Counted from the whole stretch's first letter, positions 35,646 through 51,535 are shown. The stretch is 59,848 nucleotides of DNA, filler included, from Sluysia triapertura (GCA_046118255.1; 4 parts of 4 records of this genome joined end to end with filler, not necessarily neighbours in it), one strand, 5' to 3'. Translations and numbers: made by a program. The notes: a model not told the origin generated them from the sequence alone.

Positions 35646-38600
35646 TTTACATTAAATTTTCTGTATTAATAATAAATTAAGCATCAAGAATAATTTCCAA
35701 ACACATTACAACCTAAAAGCTATTAGAACCTCCATTCATTTCAAGAAACTTGGTAGAAAATCTAACGGCTGGCCCTAACCGGTAAGCCCAGTAAGTTGGT
35801 GAACTCACATTAATCTAGGCGTTTTATTCTATTCTATTTTTCTTTACTTACCTTTCTCACAAATATGGTGTTATATGAGATCTTCTTAGAAAATTAGCAT
35901 TGCTGAATCATTCATTATTATTTGTAATTTTTGCACTATTCTACATGGAATTGAGTAGAATATACCATTATTAGTTTAGCTGCTTTTTTATTGATAAATT
36001 TTTGAACATTCAATTGATATTTATAAAAAATTGTATTTGCAAAACCTAGTACGATATTCAATTAAATGTTGAAACAATTTATAAGCTTCTTACATCATAT
36101 ATGTTATACTTCACAAAATGAATTAACTGAGCTTGCACCGGAGATTTCATGATCAATTTTCTGAGCTATCACGGCTAGTGTAACAAATATATTTGCATTC
36201 TTATCAGTTGATCTTCAAACATCTTAAACAGCTCACTGAATACTTTTCGAATTTTATTCTAAATTGCAACCACATTTATAATAACTAAATAACATTCAAA
36301 AAACAAAGAACAAGCTATCCAATTTAAAAGAACTAAATTATAGAAACGTCACCTCTGAATATTCAGAGCTTTGCTTACAATTAACATTCTTTAGGATTAG
36401 TTTAATTCATATGTGATAGGACACAAAAGAATATACAATAAAGATAAGAACTGCACCAAAATTAAGGAAATAAAAAGAAAATTAAATTTACTCTTAATTA
36501 TGGTTAAAATTAATTTATCGTTTAAGATTAAAGATTTAATATAATTCCAAGAAATAAAATAGAATAGAGAATTAACAAGAAGTTCGAAAAAAAATTAAAA
36601 GCTTAATATACTAATATCCTAATGTAATAATCATAATGGTAATAATTGTAATAACAATGATTTAATAATAACAAATAAGCACAAAATTAATTAAAATAAC
36701 CTGCATGTCTCATAAATAATATAACTTACTAACAGTCACAATTATTGACTTCCAAGCTAATTGCATACTACTTATTTTCTGATAACATTTAATGTATGCG
36801 ATTGGCTATTCTCAATAAAGGCATGATTATTATAGAAATTTGACACTTAGATATTAAAAATCTTACTTCTTCAAACTGTAAGATTGTAAATTAATGTTTT
36901 TATTTATAAAAGTTGTAGACAAATTTTATTATTTATATTTTATGTTTTATGTGAAAATTGAAAAATTTATAAATATTATTAAAATTACTAAAAATAATAA
37001 TTGTTATTATTCTTTAAAAAATTACAATTAAAATTATATCAAAAAATTATAAATAAAATTTAATTATTTTAAATTATAAAGAAAAAAGAAAACACTAGAA
37101 AAGCTTGTTTTAATTAAATAAAATTATTAATATGGCTTCTAATATCCAATTCAGTGTAAAAACATACAAAGAAAATCAGTCAATGCACAATACTACTGTC
37201 CAAAGAAGTTAGAGAAGAGAAAACACAAAAAAAGTTATACAGTTGATTTTTCGCATAAATAATTTATGATACAAAGCTTCGGCTATATAAACTAAGCGTT
37301 TAATCATTTTGATTCTACATGAAAAATTTAGTCATCCGACAATCAAATCATTTATGTTATAAAGCAATATTAAGTAGTAAGTTTCATTTAAATGATTGGT
37401 AAACTCGTAAGAGCTTTAAAATTCACGTAAAATTTTCAATTTTCAGTCCTTAAGATCAATTATAAAATCTTCTTAAACTCTAAAATCATATTAATTTTCG
37501 TTGGTTCGTAAGGCCAATTATAAAATATAAATCCATTTGACGGAGTCCTTGGCCTATGCCAACTTATTTAAAATCATTTATTGCCACTATTATATTGCTT
37601 ATATTGTTGTATTGATAAATTTGAATTTATATATTTTATTTTTAACGAATTTTTATATAATACACTGTCTATAATTTTAACCTCGTCATTTACTAAAGTT
37701 TAACCTAAAAATTACAATAAAAATCTGTTAGAAATAATATAATACGAAGGACTTAAAGTTACATTATTTTAGCATCAAAGACACGTTGGTTACCATCACT
37801 TACTGTGTGAACTAAAATAATCTTGAATTGATCATTGACCATAGTGTTCATTAAGGTAACATGTAAGGATTCGTGAAATAGACTTCGTTATAGTAATATT
37901 CAATAAATAATTGAATTTAAAGACATTAGAGAACAACCTTATTGCACGGAAACCTTTATTGTTATTCCTAGGCGTATTTTCACGTTACTTAAAGATACGC
38001 CATTTGTAAATCGTATACTCTAAATATTAATTTATTTTACTGTTAAGTAAGTTTTTAGAGTTAAAAGAAAACAGAAACCCAGCAAAACATTGAATCGTGC
38101 GAAAATGCAATTAATATAATACGTACTATAAGCACTTGTCCACGGTTTAGCACCACCTTTCATATAGCATCAGAAAATCATACGCCCACCAATTTTATTA
38201 GAAATGAGAGATATCCTAATGATGATTTGGAAAATGAAACATTTGACTTTTTCTACGTATCATTGGTGTTTGTCGGATGTAAATAAAACTTTAAACTTAT
38301 GTTATTTATACCAGAAATTTCATATTGTTCTGAACGACAGGTCTGATAAAAATCAGGAAAAACTGGCTTAATCTAGAAAGAAACCTTGTTTTCTTAATCT
38401 TGTATGTCGACACCAAGAAGCTGGTATATTTGGTGTGAATTTGATTTAGCTGCTGAAGTAATTATTCAAATTTCGAATGGAGTTTCGTGTGGCTTTATAC
38501 ACAGTCAGGAATTATTGCAGACAATATAAAAGATGATGATAACAACAATTTTACATACCGAAGAAATGATCAAACTTCATAAAGTTGTGCTGAAATCCTG

Positions 38601-39021
38601 CTTACTATCCTAATCTAAACCTTCTTAGTAAGAATGATTATTGAGTTTTTTCGAAAGTGTTTTATTTATGATTATTTTTATTATATTGTGTTTAGTAAAT
38701 GTTAAGTTTGATTATTTTCATGGCAACTTTGCCCACAATGAAAAGTAAATGTAAAAAATTGAATAATATCGATGAAGTTGTAATTAATTGAAAACTGTAC
38801 GAGAATTTAATTTTAGATTATTTTTGTGTAAAAATCTTAATTGGAAATTAATTTTATGAATTATCTTAAGAACACATTCTAAATAATATTTGTTTCTTTT
38901 CTATATTTATGTAGATAAGTTATGATAAAATGTTACAAAATTGAATTGTTTATAAAAACGGCTAAGGTTTATTTCAAACTTAATTTATTTAAATTTTTAT
39001 AACCAATTTTAATTCATACAT

Positions 39022-40248
39022 CGGTTGTGTCAAACACGCGGCCCATAAGAGCTTGAGATGCGGCTCGAGGCTTGACAACAATATGTAAAATAATTTTATT
39101 TTAGGATTAGATTGAAATTTTAATTTAAGCTATTTTTAAGCATTTGAATATACCGGCTATGGCATTTGCGCGCCCCTTCTGATTCATGTTGTCGCTAAGT
39201 CGGTAACATCGATAAAGCAGATCATGCGATTGTTTTTTGTGGCAGTTTCTTCGCAGTTATTATTATTTGCCTAATTTATTTAAATAATAATCAACAATAA
39301 TTATTAATTAAATTAGAGAGCATTCAAATTGGAGTAAAAAATCAGATAAGTAATAATCAAAAAGGTAGCAAAATACGTGAAAAATAATAAAAAAAATTTC
39401 AATACAAGACGAACACAGAATTTTTCAACCAAGATGGAAGTTAAGTAACTTTTTATAGAGCTAAAAGATTAAGCTTCATGTTCAATTTGTAAACAGACTA
39501 TAAATGTTTTGAAAGAATATAATTTAAAACGCCATTATGAAATACAATCAGAATATAAGTAATATGCGGTAAAAATAAGAGAAGATAAGTTTAAAAAATT
39601 AAAAATTGAACTTAAGTCACAACAATCATTTTTTTAAAGTCATTTGAAAACTCCGAAGGTCAAGTTCAAACGTTCAAAATGTTTCACAGACGGTGATTTT
39701 GTTAAGGAGTGTATATTAAAACTGCAGAAGTACTCTTTCTCGAAAAAGGCGAAACTATTCAATAACAATTTAAAAATAAAATTGGATGCAGGATTTAACA
39801 TTTCTAACCGATATTACACAACATCTAAATGAGTTACAATTAAAACTTCGGGGTCGAAATAAAGCTATCACACAGATGTGGGAGTTTATTAAGACATTTA
39901 AATTAAAACTCGCAATTTAGAAAAAACAACTAAAAATTGTGATTGAGTTCATTTTCCCTCTTGTAAAAGTTATAAAGAATCGTATATTAATTGTAATTTT
40001 TTCAAATATACTTCATATTTTGATCTGTTGTTAGAATTTGAATTGAAATTTCACAACTTTCAAGCGTTATGAAATTAGTTAGTAAGAAACGTTGTTAGTC
40101 TTCGTCAAAACAATATTAAATTTTTGTACTTTTTTGTAATCGGTTTGTGCAATAAAACAAATAAAACATGAAATATATGGTTTGCGGTCCGCAAAATTTT
40201 CTGAACTAAATGTTTTGCCCTCGTGCGTATGCGAGGTTGACACCACTG
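39022..40248 (+). mobile_element. Internally deleted hAT DNA transposon (Charlie/Buster/SPIN-type transposase relic)
   Basis: Imperfect TIRs CGGTTGTGTCAA ... TTGACACCACTG. Relic peptides CSICKQTINVLKEYNLKRHYE, FTDGDFVKECI and LNELQLKLRG..FKLKL..HFP are typical of this transposase family. No intact TSD. Confidence 0.85.
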
Positions 40249-41275
40249 TTAATTTTAACGTTAATTAACGTTAAAATTAACGTTAATTTTAATTTGTTAA
40301 TTGAGACGGAAAGTGAACCGGTCACTTAATAAATAAAAAATGATAAAGATAAATAGGATTCCTCTTACACAAATTAATAATTTTACATAAAAGAATTATA
40401 TCAAAATTAAATAAAGTAAAACAGTCACTAAAATATTGTTTTGCTTATAAGAAATTTAAATAAGAATTAAAATATTGATTTTCAATCTCTTATTTTAAAT
40501 CTCAAACCTCATTTTAAATGCATTTGATATAAATAACTTATACCTTTAACAAAAAGTACTTATAAAATCAAATTACTTTTTAAACTCTCATTTTTAATGG
40601 AAAGATAAAATCTTTTGTTTTCAGCTCTCATCATAATGATAAAAAGTAGTTAATTTCAAATCTTACAGCAATCTAGACAAAACCTTCTCAATAAAATACA
40701 ATCTGCGACTATGATAACCATACTCGAAACACTTTAATTTGGTCGTGAACATACAGACATGAACGATTTATCGGCCTTCACATTTCTTTGTAAGATTGTT
40801 AAATTGCAAAATCCTGCGGATAAGTCTTGGACCACAGGCGAACTCAAAGTTACCAGTAAAAGTCTTGACTATTCTGGCATAATTTCGGTAAACTTAATGT
40901 TTTTGGAAAGGTTGCTAATGATTTTGCACTTTATTTAATATAGCCTACAACATTTTGTATTTAAAATCATAAATCAAATTAATGAATAATGATAAAATTA
41001 CTAATTAACCACGACAGTTTTCATAACGTACAGTGCCAAAATTATATAGAAATGGCTATTGAAGATTATATATCATCTTTAAATCACTAATTAAAAGAAA
41101 TGTACCACAGGCAAAATAATATTTTATCATCATATTCGCTTCTTCGCAGTTATTATTGATCAATTTGGAATTTTTAACTTAATAATATAATGAAAATAAT
41201 ATTACGTACATTAAAGAAATTAAATATTATTGTAAAACAATGAGTAACAAATAGTGTTGCACTAATAACGGTATT

Positions 41276-41529
41276 AGTGTACTCTAGAGGGGTAATAAAA
41301 TAAATTATTATTAATTTTATTATATAAATAGAATAAACTGAATAATAATAAAAATAACAAAATAAATATTCGATGATTTTTAACTTTACTTCTTTAATTA
41401 ATTACCATTCAGCCAAATTGTGCATAATAACTTCAAAACAATCTTCTTCGCCACATAAATTCGTACAATATAACTCAGATCAAATCATGGGTTTAATTAT
41501 TTATTTTATTGAACCCCCTAAAGTACACT
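41276..41529. mobile_element. MITE-like element with ~30-bp TIRs
   Basis: The left end AGTGTACTCTAGAGGGGTAATAAAATAAAT matches the reverse complement of the right end, AGTGTACTTTAGGGGGTTCAATAAAATAAAT. Confidence 0.65.
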
Positions 41530-42666
41530 TATACTCTAATAACTTGCATTAAGTGACGGTTTCTCCAGTGAAACTCAGGTTAAACAATTCAAAGGAAAAG
41601 CAAACATCAAGTATAGTCACAAAGTTATAGTTTATAATTTTACATTGTACTATCATAGATTTATAAATAAATTTTAAGGCTGATAAAATGTTGTGTATTC
41701 AAAAACATAGTTTACAATATTGTTTGTAGCTTATTAGAGTTTTGTTAAATGTTTTTACCCTAGGGAACATACAATATAACACAATGCGTTTAACATAAAA
41801 TGTATTACTATAGTAAAACAATTTTAAATGTTTTAAACAACAAGGAAACAAATCGAAACATAAGAAACTTAAGAACTGTACAAATTAGTACAATAAATGA
41901 ACCTCATTTGACTTTACGTATACCCTGTTTAATTGCACAAAAAAAACCAACCAATATAGACTTTTATTTATTAAAATAATGTTTAGAATTTTCCACTATA
42001 AACGAATTGTTTTCTTTAGACGAAAATTAAGTCAATATTTGTTTAATATGTAGAATTTCATACTTAAAAAATTATTTTCTTTATTTTTAAAAATAAAAAT
42101 TAATAACCGAAGAGTATTATTTAAACAACGTCTTATGAGTATTCAAATCTAAATATAACTCTTTTACAAGCTTGAGCTATCATTTTATTATAAACAAAAT
42201 GATTTTATCAATTTTAAAATATTTATTTGTCAGTTTGAATTAATCACTTTTGAATTACGGGCATTAATGGATTAAGTATTGAAAATTTTTGGTTATAAAA
42301 ATTATTTCTTAATATGTAGTATATAAAATTTATATAAAATATAAATTTTTATGCTAAAATAAAAGAATTCTTAAAATATTCACATTACTGGTAAATTCTA
42401 AAATTTAATACTTTATTCAATTTACAATCTTGCAATAAGGCTGCCGCCAAATATCAAATATAATTATCTTTCACAACAAAAATGCAAAAAGTTAATTGAC
42501 AATAGACTTTCGTATGTTTATCAATTTCTACAACCAATATTCTATTTGATCATTATTTTATTTCAGACAATCGATATTTTTACTCGACCATTATGTTCAT
42601 TTCTTCAAACGACATTCTACAGTGGTACCCAGATTCCACAATATCTCTACTTTGTTGATAGTTTGA

Positions 42667-42721
42667 AATTTTATGTTAGTTTTTATCTACATAAATTTTA
42701 TGTTAGTTTTTATCTACATAA
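42667..42721. repeat. ~26-bp tandem duplication
   Basis: AAATTTTATGTTAGTTTTTATCTACAT occurs twice. Confidence 0.85.
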
Positions 42722-45700
42722 GTTTTTCACAGCATAAAATACACACACTTTTCTATTATTATTTTTAACGGCTATTTTAAATAAGCCTACTAAATCGTTA
42801 TTAAAATTTCTATTCTTTATTGAATATTTATAAAATATTAGTTGATAAAAAGTTATTAGTCATCGATTTATTTAACATTTGTAATCATATTTGTTATAAT
42901 AATATTACAAATTAATTAGTTCTAAGTAATTCATCACTTTCATTCTATTTTCGTGTCATTTTTTAAACAAGGACATATATTCAAAGGTGATTATTAAATT
43001 ACATAGTTGTAAATTCGTAAAATCAATTGTTCTGCACTTTCAAAGAACCAGTTTAATAATATTCATAAACTTATATTTTTCAAGGTCGTACTTTATATAG
43101 GATATAAACTCATTTATAATTAATATTTTGAATTACAGCAATAAAGAGTCGTAGAATCAACATTAATCAATCGAAATTACAAAACGATCATTAAAATTTC
43201 CATATGGTTCATAATAATTACGCTGAGTTTATTATTATGAACTTGTATATTAAGTAAATATGGTCAAATCGTATAATTGCACAATTTGACCTTCACAATT
43301 CTGTTACCAAAAATCCTGTAGATAAGCCATAAAGTTTGTAGGTCTTATTATTGTTATAAAAATTATAATAAAATCTTAAATAAAAAATAAAATCAATTTT
43401 AAATTGAAAATAATTGTTGATTTTAAACTAAAATTCTTATTAATTCTAAATTACTCATTTGTTTTAAATTCAAGGTCATGCAAGTAGCTATATAAAGCTA
43501 CGCTATTTTTTATTTACACACAATTGTTTGTCAGTCTAATTTTTACATTTTTAACATTTACAACATTTTCAAGTTTGATATTTCTTCAACATTTTCAATC
43601 TAATTTGGATCATTCACAATTTTGTTTTTGGATTGTTCGGAATTTTTGTCATTCGGATTGCTTGCTTGGACTTTTTTGATACAGATTTTTATAATTATTC
43701 ATTAGTTTAATTTTTATAAGGATCTTTTTTAATATAATATTCTAAAATCTACTTTAAATTTATTTAAAATTTTATTCTCTTTTTAATAGAGAGTTCATAA
43801 ACTATCATTTTACATTAACATTTGGAAATATATTTTCATTTGTTAATACCTATTATTTACCATTTTACTCACCTTTATGTCTCAAAAATATACACCCAGT
43901 TACCAGACAATGTCAAATTACTGGAAGATTATGAAATATTTAAGAAAAAGGCAAAGTTCTTTTGTGAATGATTTACCTTAAACGCTTTTTAGTACTTACG
44001 CAGTAGATATGAGCGAAGTATAAATTAATATATTATTATTATGTTTTGTTTTTTCATAATATATTTATATTAAATTTATTGTTAACTATAACATTATAGA
44101 ATACGCTGTTTTTCAAATACGTCGCAAATTATACTTAAATTTATTATTAAAGAAAGTTTGTTGATAATTGTAAGATGTCGTTTTTAGTACGGTTGTAATA
44201 TACCACTTAAAATTATCATTTGTTTTTTGTTGTTTAGAAAAACATCATTTAATACCTCTTATTAAAGAGAAAGAATTTAAGACACCATTTTTATACGATA
44301 ACAGCCTTTTATGTGAATTATTAACTAAGAAAAAAATCCACTCTATTTTAAAAAAATTAACGTTTAAAAAATCTTAATTACCTTAATTGCTACTTACAAC
44401 TTAGTCCTTAAGTGCGTAAGACTGAAATTGTAAGGGACTCACCATATAAATTAAGAAAATAATAAATAACACAAACTTTTCTGCAATTCCACAGAATACT
44501 ACATTAAATTAATTTTTTTAACAATATTAATAGTACTTAAATATAAATGTGATCATTTAAAGACAACTAAAGCAAAAGAATAATTTTATATAAATGATTT
44601 TTATTTACTAAATTAATTACATTTTTATTATGCTTAAATACTTTTTAATTTAAAAACTCTAATAACAAATATTTAAAAATGATTAGTTATTTTCTATTTT
44701 CAGTAATATAATTTATTAATTATTAATTGATTCAAGAATGATTACTATAACAATGAGAAGCATTAAAATTTATTTTTAGTAATGTTTAAATAATTTGACG
44801 ATTTAAAACTTCAATGACAGTAATGATTTTATTAACTGAACATATTATCTATGAAAATTAATGAATCATTTTTAGTATAGTTTCAGATCAGTTTTATAAA
44901 ATTATAGTGAAAGAATTATTTACATTTTGCATAAAATAAATTCAATAGAAACAATTACGTCTATTTATTGAACATTATTACACAAATTTAAAACATTTTA
45001 AAATTACTCTAAAATTTCTGATGTGATGCACGTTATTCAAAGAAAAGAAGTTATTAAAATATCGTCATTTTAAAAGAGAAATTTTAATATTTAATCTAAA
45101 AATTAATTATTAAATTGTCATATTTAAATTTAATCTTTTTTAATCATGTATATACGTTTAAATAATCTTATAAAAAAGGTTTATATCCAGTAAAAAACAT
45201 GATAAATTTTTAACTTTTTGAAATGATAAATGATTTGTCAAATATATCAGTGCCCATTTTTTATTGGTTATATTTTAATATTTTATTAAACTATTCCCTC
45301 AAACTGATTAAATGAAAAAGCAAAATAGCTATTTTATTATAAAATATTTGTGCCATAGATTGCGGCAAACGACTTACCAATTACTTTTGATGTAACACTT
45401 TGTTGTATGAAATTTAATTCTTGTTTATTTTATTTGCACTTAAATTTTACTAAAACATGTATATTTTCTCGGTTGCTAATATAAAATATAAATCTCTTTT
45501 GATAATATTTATACTTGTCTGAAAGTATGAATTCCAAATACTCGTCTTAGTTGTTCAGGATGAAAGTGCTAAATATTCTATTACTTATTAAGTTATTATT
45601 ATCTAACTCTTTCTTTATTATAGTGTATTCAGATACAATTCACTCTTTGCTGTTAGCGTTTATTTTATGTCGATTAATATTCGATGACTTTATTCGCAAT

Positions 45701-46339
45701 ACCTTGAAAATCAAAATTAAACTAAATCACACTTATTTTATTCAGAGTAATAATTATACGTTAATAATTTATAAAGTAAAACAATGTTTAAATTAATAAT
45801 TATGATGAGAAGAAACATTAAATATTCGAATTTAAAATTACCTATCAGAATGTTGCAATTAAATCAATTACATTGTCACTGAATATCAATCAGTTAAATT
45901 TGTTACCAAAATCGAATAACTTATCTGGATTATCAATCGATTTCATTATAAATTTTTTGTGTGAACTAAAACTATTCATCCTTATAGTTACAGAATTATT
46001 AACTTGCATTAGTATCTAGTAAGCTTTTATATTTATTAAAATTACTATATTTATCACTATATTTATTAAAATAATTTAATGCAAACTACTGTAGATCTAA
46101 AAATAATCTAGTAATAATTGTAAGTTTGTAACTAAATAATATTGTTTTAAAATCGAATATCATTAATATTAAGTTTTAATTTTATATTATCATTAATATT
46201 CTTAAATTTTGATTACATATAATTTTGTCTGTCGTAATTTAAATTAATTTTCATGGATAATATTGTTAATTTTTAATTAATATAATTTTTTAAGATAATT
46301 TTAATCGGATTTTATGTTCTTAAAGTTTGATTTAATAAT

Positions 46340-46713
46340 GGTTTGATTAAAAAACCATTCAAACGGTCTGAAAAACTCTTCCTAAATTCTGGACTTCGAA
46401 AAAAAACTAGTTAGAAAGGTTTGGCAGCCAAAGAGATGTATTGAGAGGAAGATCACATTCTGAAAATCATTTGAGACTTAGTGGTACATATTTCCCATCA
46501 TTCATCCATTATCAAAAACCTTCAAAAGCTCGTATTGTATGCAGTAGAAGTAAAAAACGAATAAAGAATACTAGATATATGTGTAATGATTATAATGTTG
46601 GGTTGTGTTTGACCGGCTGTTTCACTATATATAATACAAAAAAACTTTTGTATGAATAAAAATTTTATTTTATTTTCTAAAATTTATTTTTATAAAAGCT
46701 CGTCCTGAAAGGA
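46340..46713 (+). mobile_element. piggyBac 3'-end relic
   Basis: RLSGTYFP...VCSRSKKRIKNTRYMCNDYNVGLCLTGCFTIYNT resembles the piggyBac C-terminal Cys-rich domain. It is followed by AATAAA and a terminus ...CTGAAAGGA|TTAA. The left limit is approximate. Confidence 0.8.
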
Positions 46714-47964
46714 TTAAGGAATACAGTCAAAACAATTTTTGAGTATGATGTGATACTCGTGAAGAATACTTTATAAAGATGTATTTTTCATTATAACCTC
46801 ACAACAATTTTGATTACTTAATGGATATTGGTTCTGTACGAAGAATTGTTTGAAATTTTCTTTAATCCGAATATCTGTTCAAATATCGATTTGATTCGAA
46901 AGAATTTATAAGTATAATATTATAAAATTAAAATATATTTTAAATAAATTTTTTTGTAAATTGAATTTTGACATTAAAAAGACGTTGAGAGAAAATTTAG
47001 GTTTTACATCGTGTTCATCTCTTACATCTGAGGCAAGTTAGCACTATGATTTCTTAGATAGAGATTCTTTATATTAAGGATTTAAAATCATTAAATATTA
47101 GACAAAGTATTGAAATAGTTTAAATTGATTATAGAATTAAATTAGAATAAATTTAAGAGAATAAAAAGCAAAAGTTTTATTTATTTAAATTTTGCGAATA
47201 ATTTTAAAGAGCTATTAATCTTTAGTAAATAATAAGTTTAAAGAGTCATAAGTCTAATTTAAAATGACATGTTTTTCATTTTAAGTATTTCCTACACTTA
47301 CATTGTTATTACTTATTATTTTTAGATACTTTATAATAAGGCTCATGTTCGACATTACATCAATTTTGAGATAACTAATGAAGGATTTATTAAAATGTCA
47401 AAACATCCACATTATATAGTTAGATGACTTACATATAAATCATGATACATTCGTTGAATCGAATCCAAGACTTTCAAGTAAGAAGTAGTCACGGTACTTT
47501 GGGTTCGAGGTCGTATATAAGCACAGATGAATATTGAATATTGCAAAACCATTGGATTTCTCCAATTGAATTGATTATTCAAAGTTTTATTGAATTTGGT
47601 GTGGTCTAACTAGAATCGCATATTATAACTTATTAAAATTGGGTTAGAATTTTACTATCATTGATCTGTATAATAGAAGTCATTTGGCTTCATAATACTC
47701 GGTATATATTAACACAATTTAATTGAAAAATTGTGTCCACGCATTGCTTCATCACACTAATGTTTTATTCTAAGAGAAGAGAGAATTTTAAGAAATAATA
47801 TAAAACTCTCATTTAATCAAACATTTCGGCTCCATGTGGAAAATTTTTTACAGCAGTGCAATGACAAAGTTACCAGCGAAATGGTTAATGATTGAAATTT
47901 ATAAACACGTATTTTTTGGACATTTTTTCGTGGCCCTGGCTCTATTTTTAATAAATTCTACAAA

Positions 47965-48064
47965 NNNNNNNNNNNNNNNNNNNNNNNNNNNNNNNNNNNN
48001 NNNNNNNNTTAATTAATTAANNNNNNNNNNNNNNNNNNNNNNNNNNNNNNNNNNNNNNNNNNNN
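47965..48064. other. Assembly gap with artificial stop linker
   Basis: N44-TTAATTAATTAA-N44. Confidence 0.97.
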
Positions 48065-51000
48065 ATACTTATTTATCAAGCGAAATAATAAAATATTACT
48101 GATAATATAAAATAAATATTAAATATATACCAATTTAATATAAATGATACATCAATAGAAAGATAAGTATAAACATTTAGATATATCTTTTAACAAGTAT
48201 ATAAAAGTATTTGTAAAAAAAATTAAGTGATTATTCTGTTTTGTTTGTTTTCGCAAGAAATACAAATGGGTGAAGATTATTATCAGTATGCTTTTAATAG
48301 TTTTAAGTTTCACATTTATTTTTCATATAATAGAGTTATGATTTGGTATTTTATGGTTTACTTTATATAACTATGACATATTAAGAATTTAGTTTTTGTT
48401 TCTTTTTCGTTCGTCAAGAATAAACATTAGATTCTGTAAGATTGATGTTTTCTTGTTGCGGACGAAAAAGATCACTATTTAGTTACGTTTTAGAATTTTT
48501 TATTGCAACTAATTTTTTAAAGAAATACATCATTATGACGAAATGATCACTAAGGAAAAAAACATTCCTTAATTAACAATGTATTGTGTCATAATTGCTG
48601 CATACGCGCAGGAAATCTCACTTTGGAACCAACGTAAAATATTTCACGGAATCATAAATTATTATCTTACTAATATTAATAAAAATTAGTTTTATAAATA
48701 TTCACCTTACAGTTATTTTATTGTCACTATTATCATATCCTACTCTTTCATTTTATGATGTGTATCTATTTTGTCATTTTCTCTGCAAAGAAGATTTGTA
48801 TATCATATTTTCAGCCGATTGTCACTGTTTTTTGAAAGAACTAATTATCGAATGTATATCATTATAAGAATTCCAGAAGAAGCTGTTGCGTGTTTACAAA
48901 ACAATGATAATATTTGGAGAATTAAAGTTTTAATTTTAAGCCAGGAATAATTCGTCACTGGAATATAAGAAGAATTTAAGTAAAATGTTAACCTTGCTCT
49001 AATCGTTTGGAGAAACCTATAAGAAAGAAACTTCAAGGTTGTTTGGATGGACAGAAATGAATGTTCCGAGTTAATAATTATTCCAAATGAAAATGTCCAG
49101 TAGAGGCAGAATATATTTGAAACAAGAAAGTGGGAAAAGAATTATTCTAGTTCCACCTCACATATAAAACAATCCTGGAAAGCGTCGGAATAACGATTCG
49201 TTGTGCTTAGTAGAATTATTTATAAAGTTGTTTTTTTGGTTGAAGATTTTTAAAACTTTTGGTCTATTTATTTTGACAATATTGATCATTATAATAAGAG
49301 AAATGAAACCATAAAAACTTTTTTCATAAAATTAACATGAAATTTTGTTTTTAAACAAATAAAAATTAAACCTAGCAATATTAATCGTTAAAAATTTTAC
49401 TCATAAAAGTAATAAAATTTTGTTACATGAAAATAATAATACGTTTTTTATTACGCTAATTATTTTGTAAATTTTAATCTAATCGATTAAATCTATTTTC
49501 TTATAATTTAAGATTTAAAACTTTATTTTCTAAAATTTTCATTTTCTTATTATGATTTGCCATCTTTGCACAGAGAAGGGCCTTCTGGAATTTGTTCAAA
49601 GCTGAAATGAATTCCCTAAGTGAAAATCGTCGTAATTATTCGATGCTAACTACGGTGGAATCAGAAATTAAAACGGTTTATGGAAAAAATTAAATATACG
49701 AAAAAGAAATCGTATATTTATGAAAATATAACGTTTTAATATATTATTTTAAATGTATTTACAGTGAATGATAAATATCTTTAAAAATACATTAATCTTT
49801 GTATAATTTATATGGATTTTGACGAATGATGATGAAAATAATTTTTAAAATTGAAAAATTTACCATAATTTTTCAAATTTTATCATTTTTATATAGATCA
49901 TACTTTACTTATTTATCGTTCACAAGCTTTTGAAGAATTGTCGTTTAATTTAATTTAAGATTATTTGATAACTTACGGATGTTCTGAAGAGTTTAAAATC
50001 TTCAAATATCAATCATGGTGTGCTTTCCGTTCAAATATTAAAGTGGATAATGAATTCAAGGTTACAAATTGGTCATAGGGCAGTTCCTGTTTATCACGAT
50101 TTTTACGAGAGTTTTTAATGTTATGTCCATTGGATTTTCACATAATTTTGCTCTGCACTTGAATTATGTATTTGAAGTTATGCATGATTATCAGAACTGT
50201 TACAGTGACAAACATTTACATAGAAGTCTTAAAAAAATTTAATATCATTTAGCAGCAGCTTTATAATGAAGTTTCCTCGGAATACTCGGAGGAATATATT
50301 ACTAAAACTATCAATTGTAGGTTCGTTAAAGATAACCAAATATTCTGCGATTTAATTAAAATATTATTTACAAAATCATCAAATTAATTTACTTATTTAG
50401 AACTTTTGTTTATTGAGATCTTATCTTTAAATTTGAATTGTAATATCAAATATACCTAACTTCTTTATTATTTGTTTTATAAATTTAACAAAGTTAATTT
50501 TAATTTTAAATATTAATTAATTTTTAATTAAGCACTGTTTTAAAGGAAGTGCATACAACAAAGAGCTATTTAACATATTTCCTCAACCAAAAACAGTCCT
50601 AAAGATATATTAAATAAAAATAGAAATATTTTGGCTTACTATCTTTATTTTGTAATGATTCGAATCCTCACTTTGGACTTTTAATCAATAGAATTCCTTC
50701 GTCTAGGTTATAATCATTACTAATTTTTTATTAACGTAAATTCTTGCTGTAAATTTTTTCTGTTTTGTGATTGTTTGTTATCTAATTTTCTTCTTAATTA
50801 GATATGCGAATTATCTGTCAAAACAAATAAATAAAATTTCCATTATCGATAGTTTTCTACATTCTGATGGTGAAACTAATAAATATAAACAAATAAATTA
50901 CTCATATTTATACAAATTAAATGATTTCTATTTTTAGTAACTCAGAATTCGTTATCTTTTTACTTTTGAAAGCATCATGAAAATAATTTTTACAATTTCA

Positions 51001-51535
51001 CGATGCAACATTCAAAACTAGTTAGTTAATACTTAATTCATCAATACTAGAAAGCTAAAACGTGTGTTTCAGATTTTGACATATTCAGATGAAAGAGACA
51101 TTGGTAAGTTCGGCAAGGACTTTTTATATTGATGGTGATGGAGAAATTATTTCTCTATGTAACAGTGAATAGGATGATCTTGACAATTACGGTGAAGCTG
51201 AATGAAAAACTGGAAAATAAATAATCGACTCTACTTTTATTTAGTTTGGCATTTAGCCTTAATTTTTTCTTAAAGGTATATAATTCTATTAGCTATGTAC
51301 TATTTCTAATGGTTAATTTGCATATATATTAAATATATTAACTATATATTAACTATATATTATTTTTAATCGATAAAAATAAACTATTTTATTGCCTACG
51401 ATATCATGATATTAATATATTTGGTGTTTAGATCCTACTAAATTTACCTATTTCTTCGAAAGTCTTAAGTTGCTTATTAAGTTTTGAATAAACACTAATA
51501 AAGATTCGCTATTCATACTGATGAGAAAATTTAAA

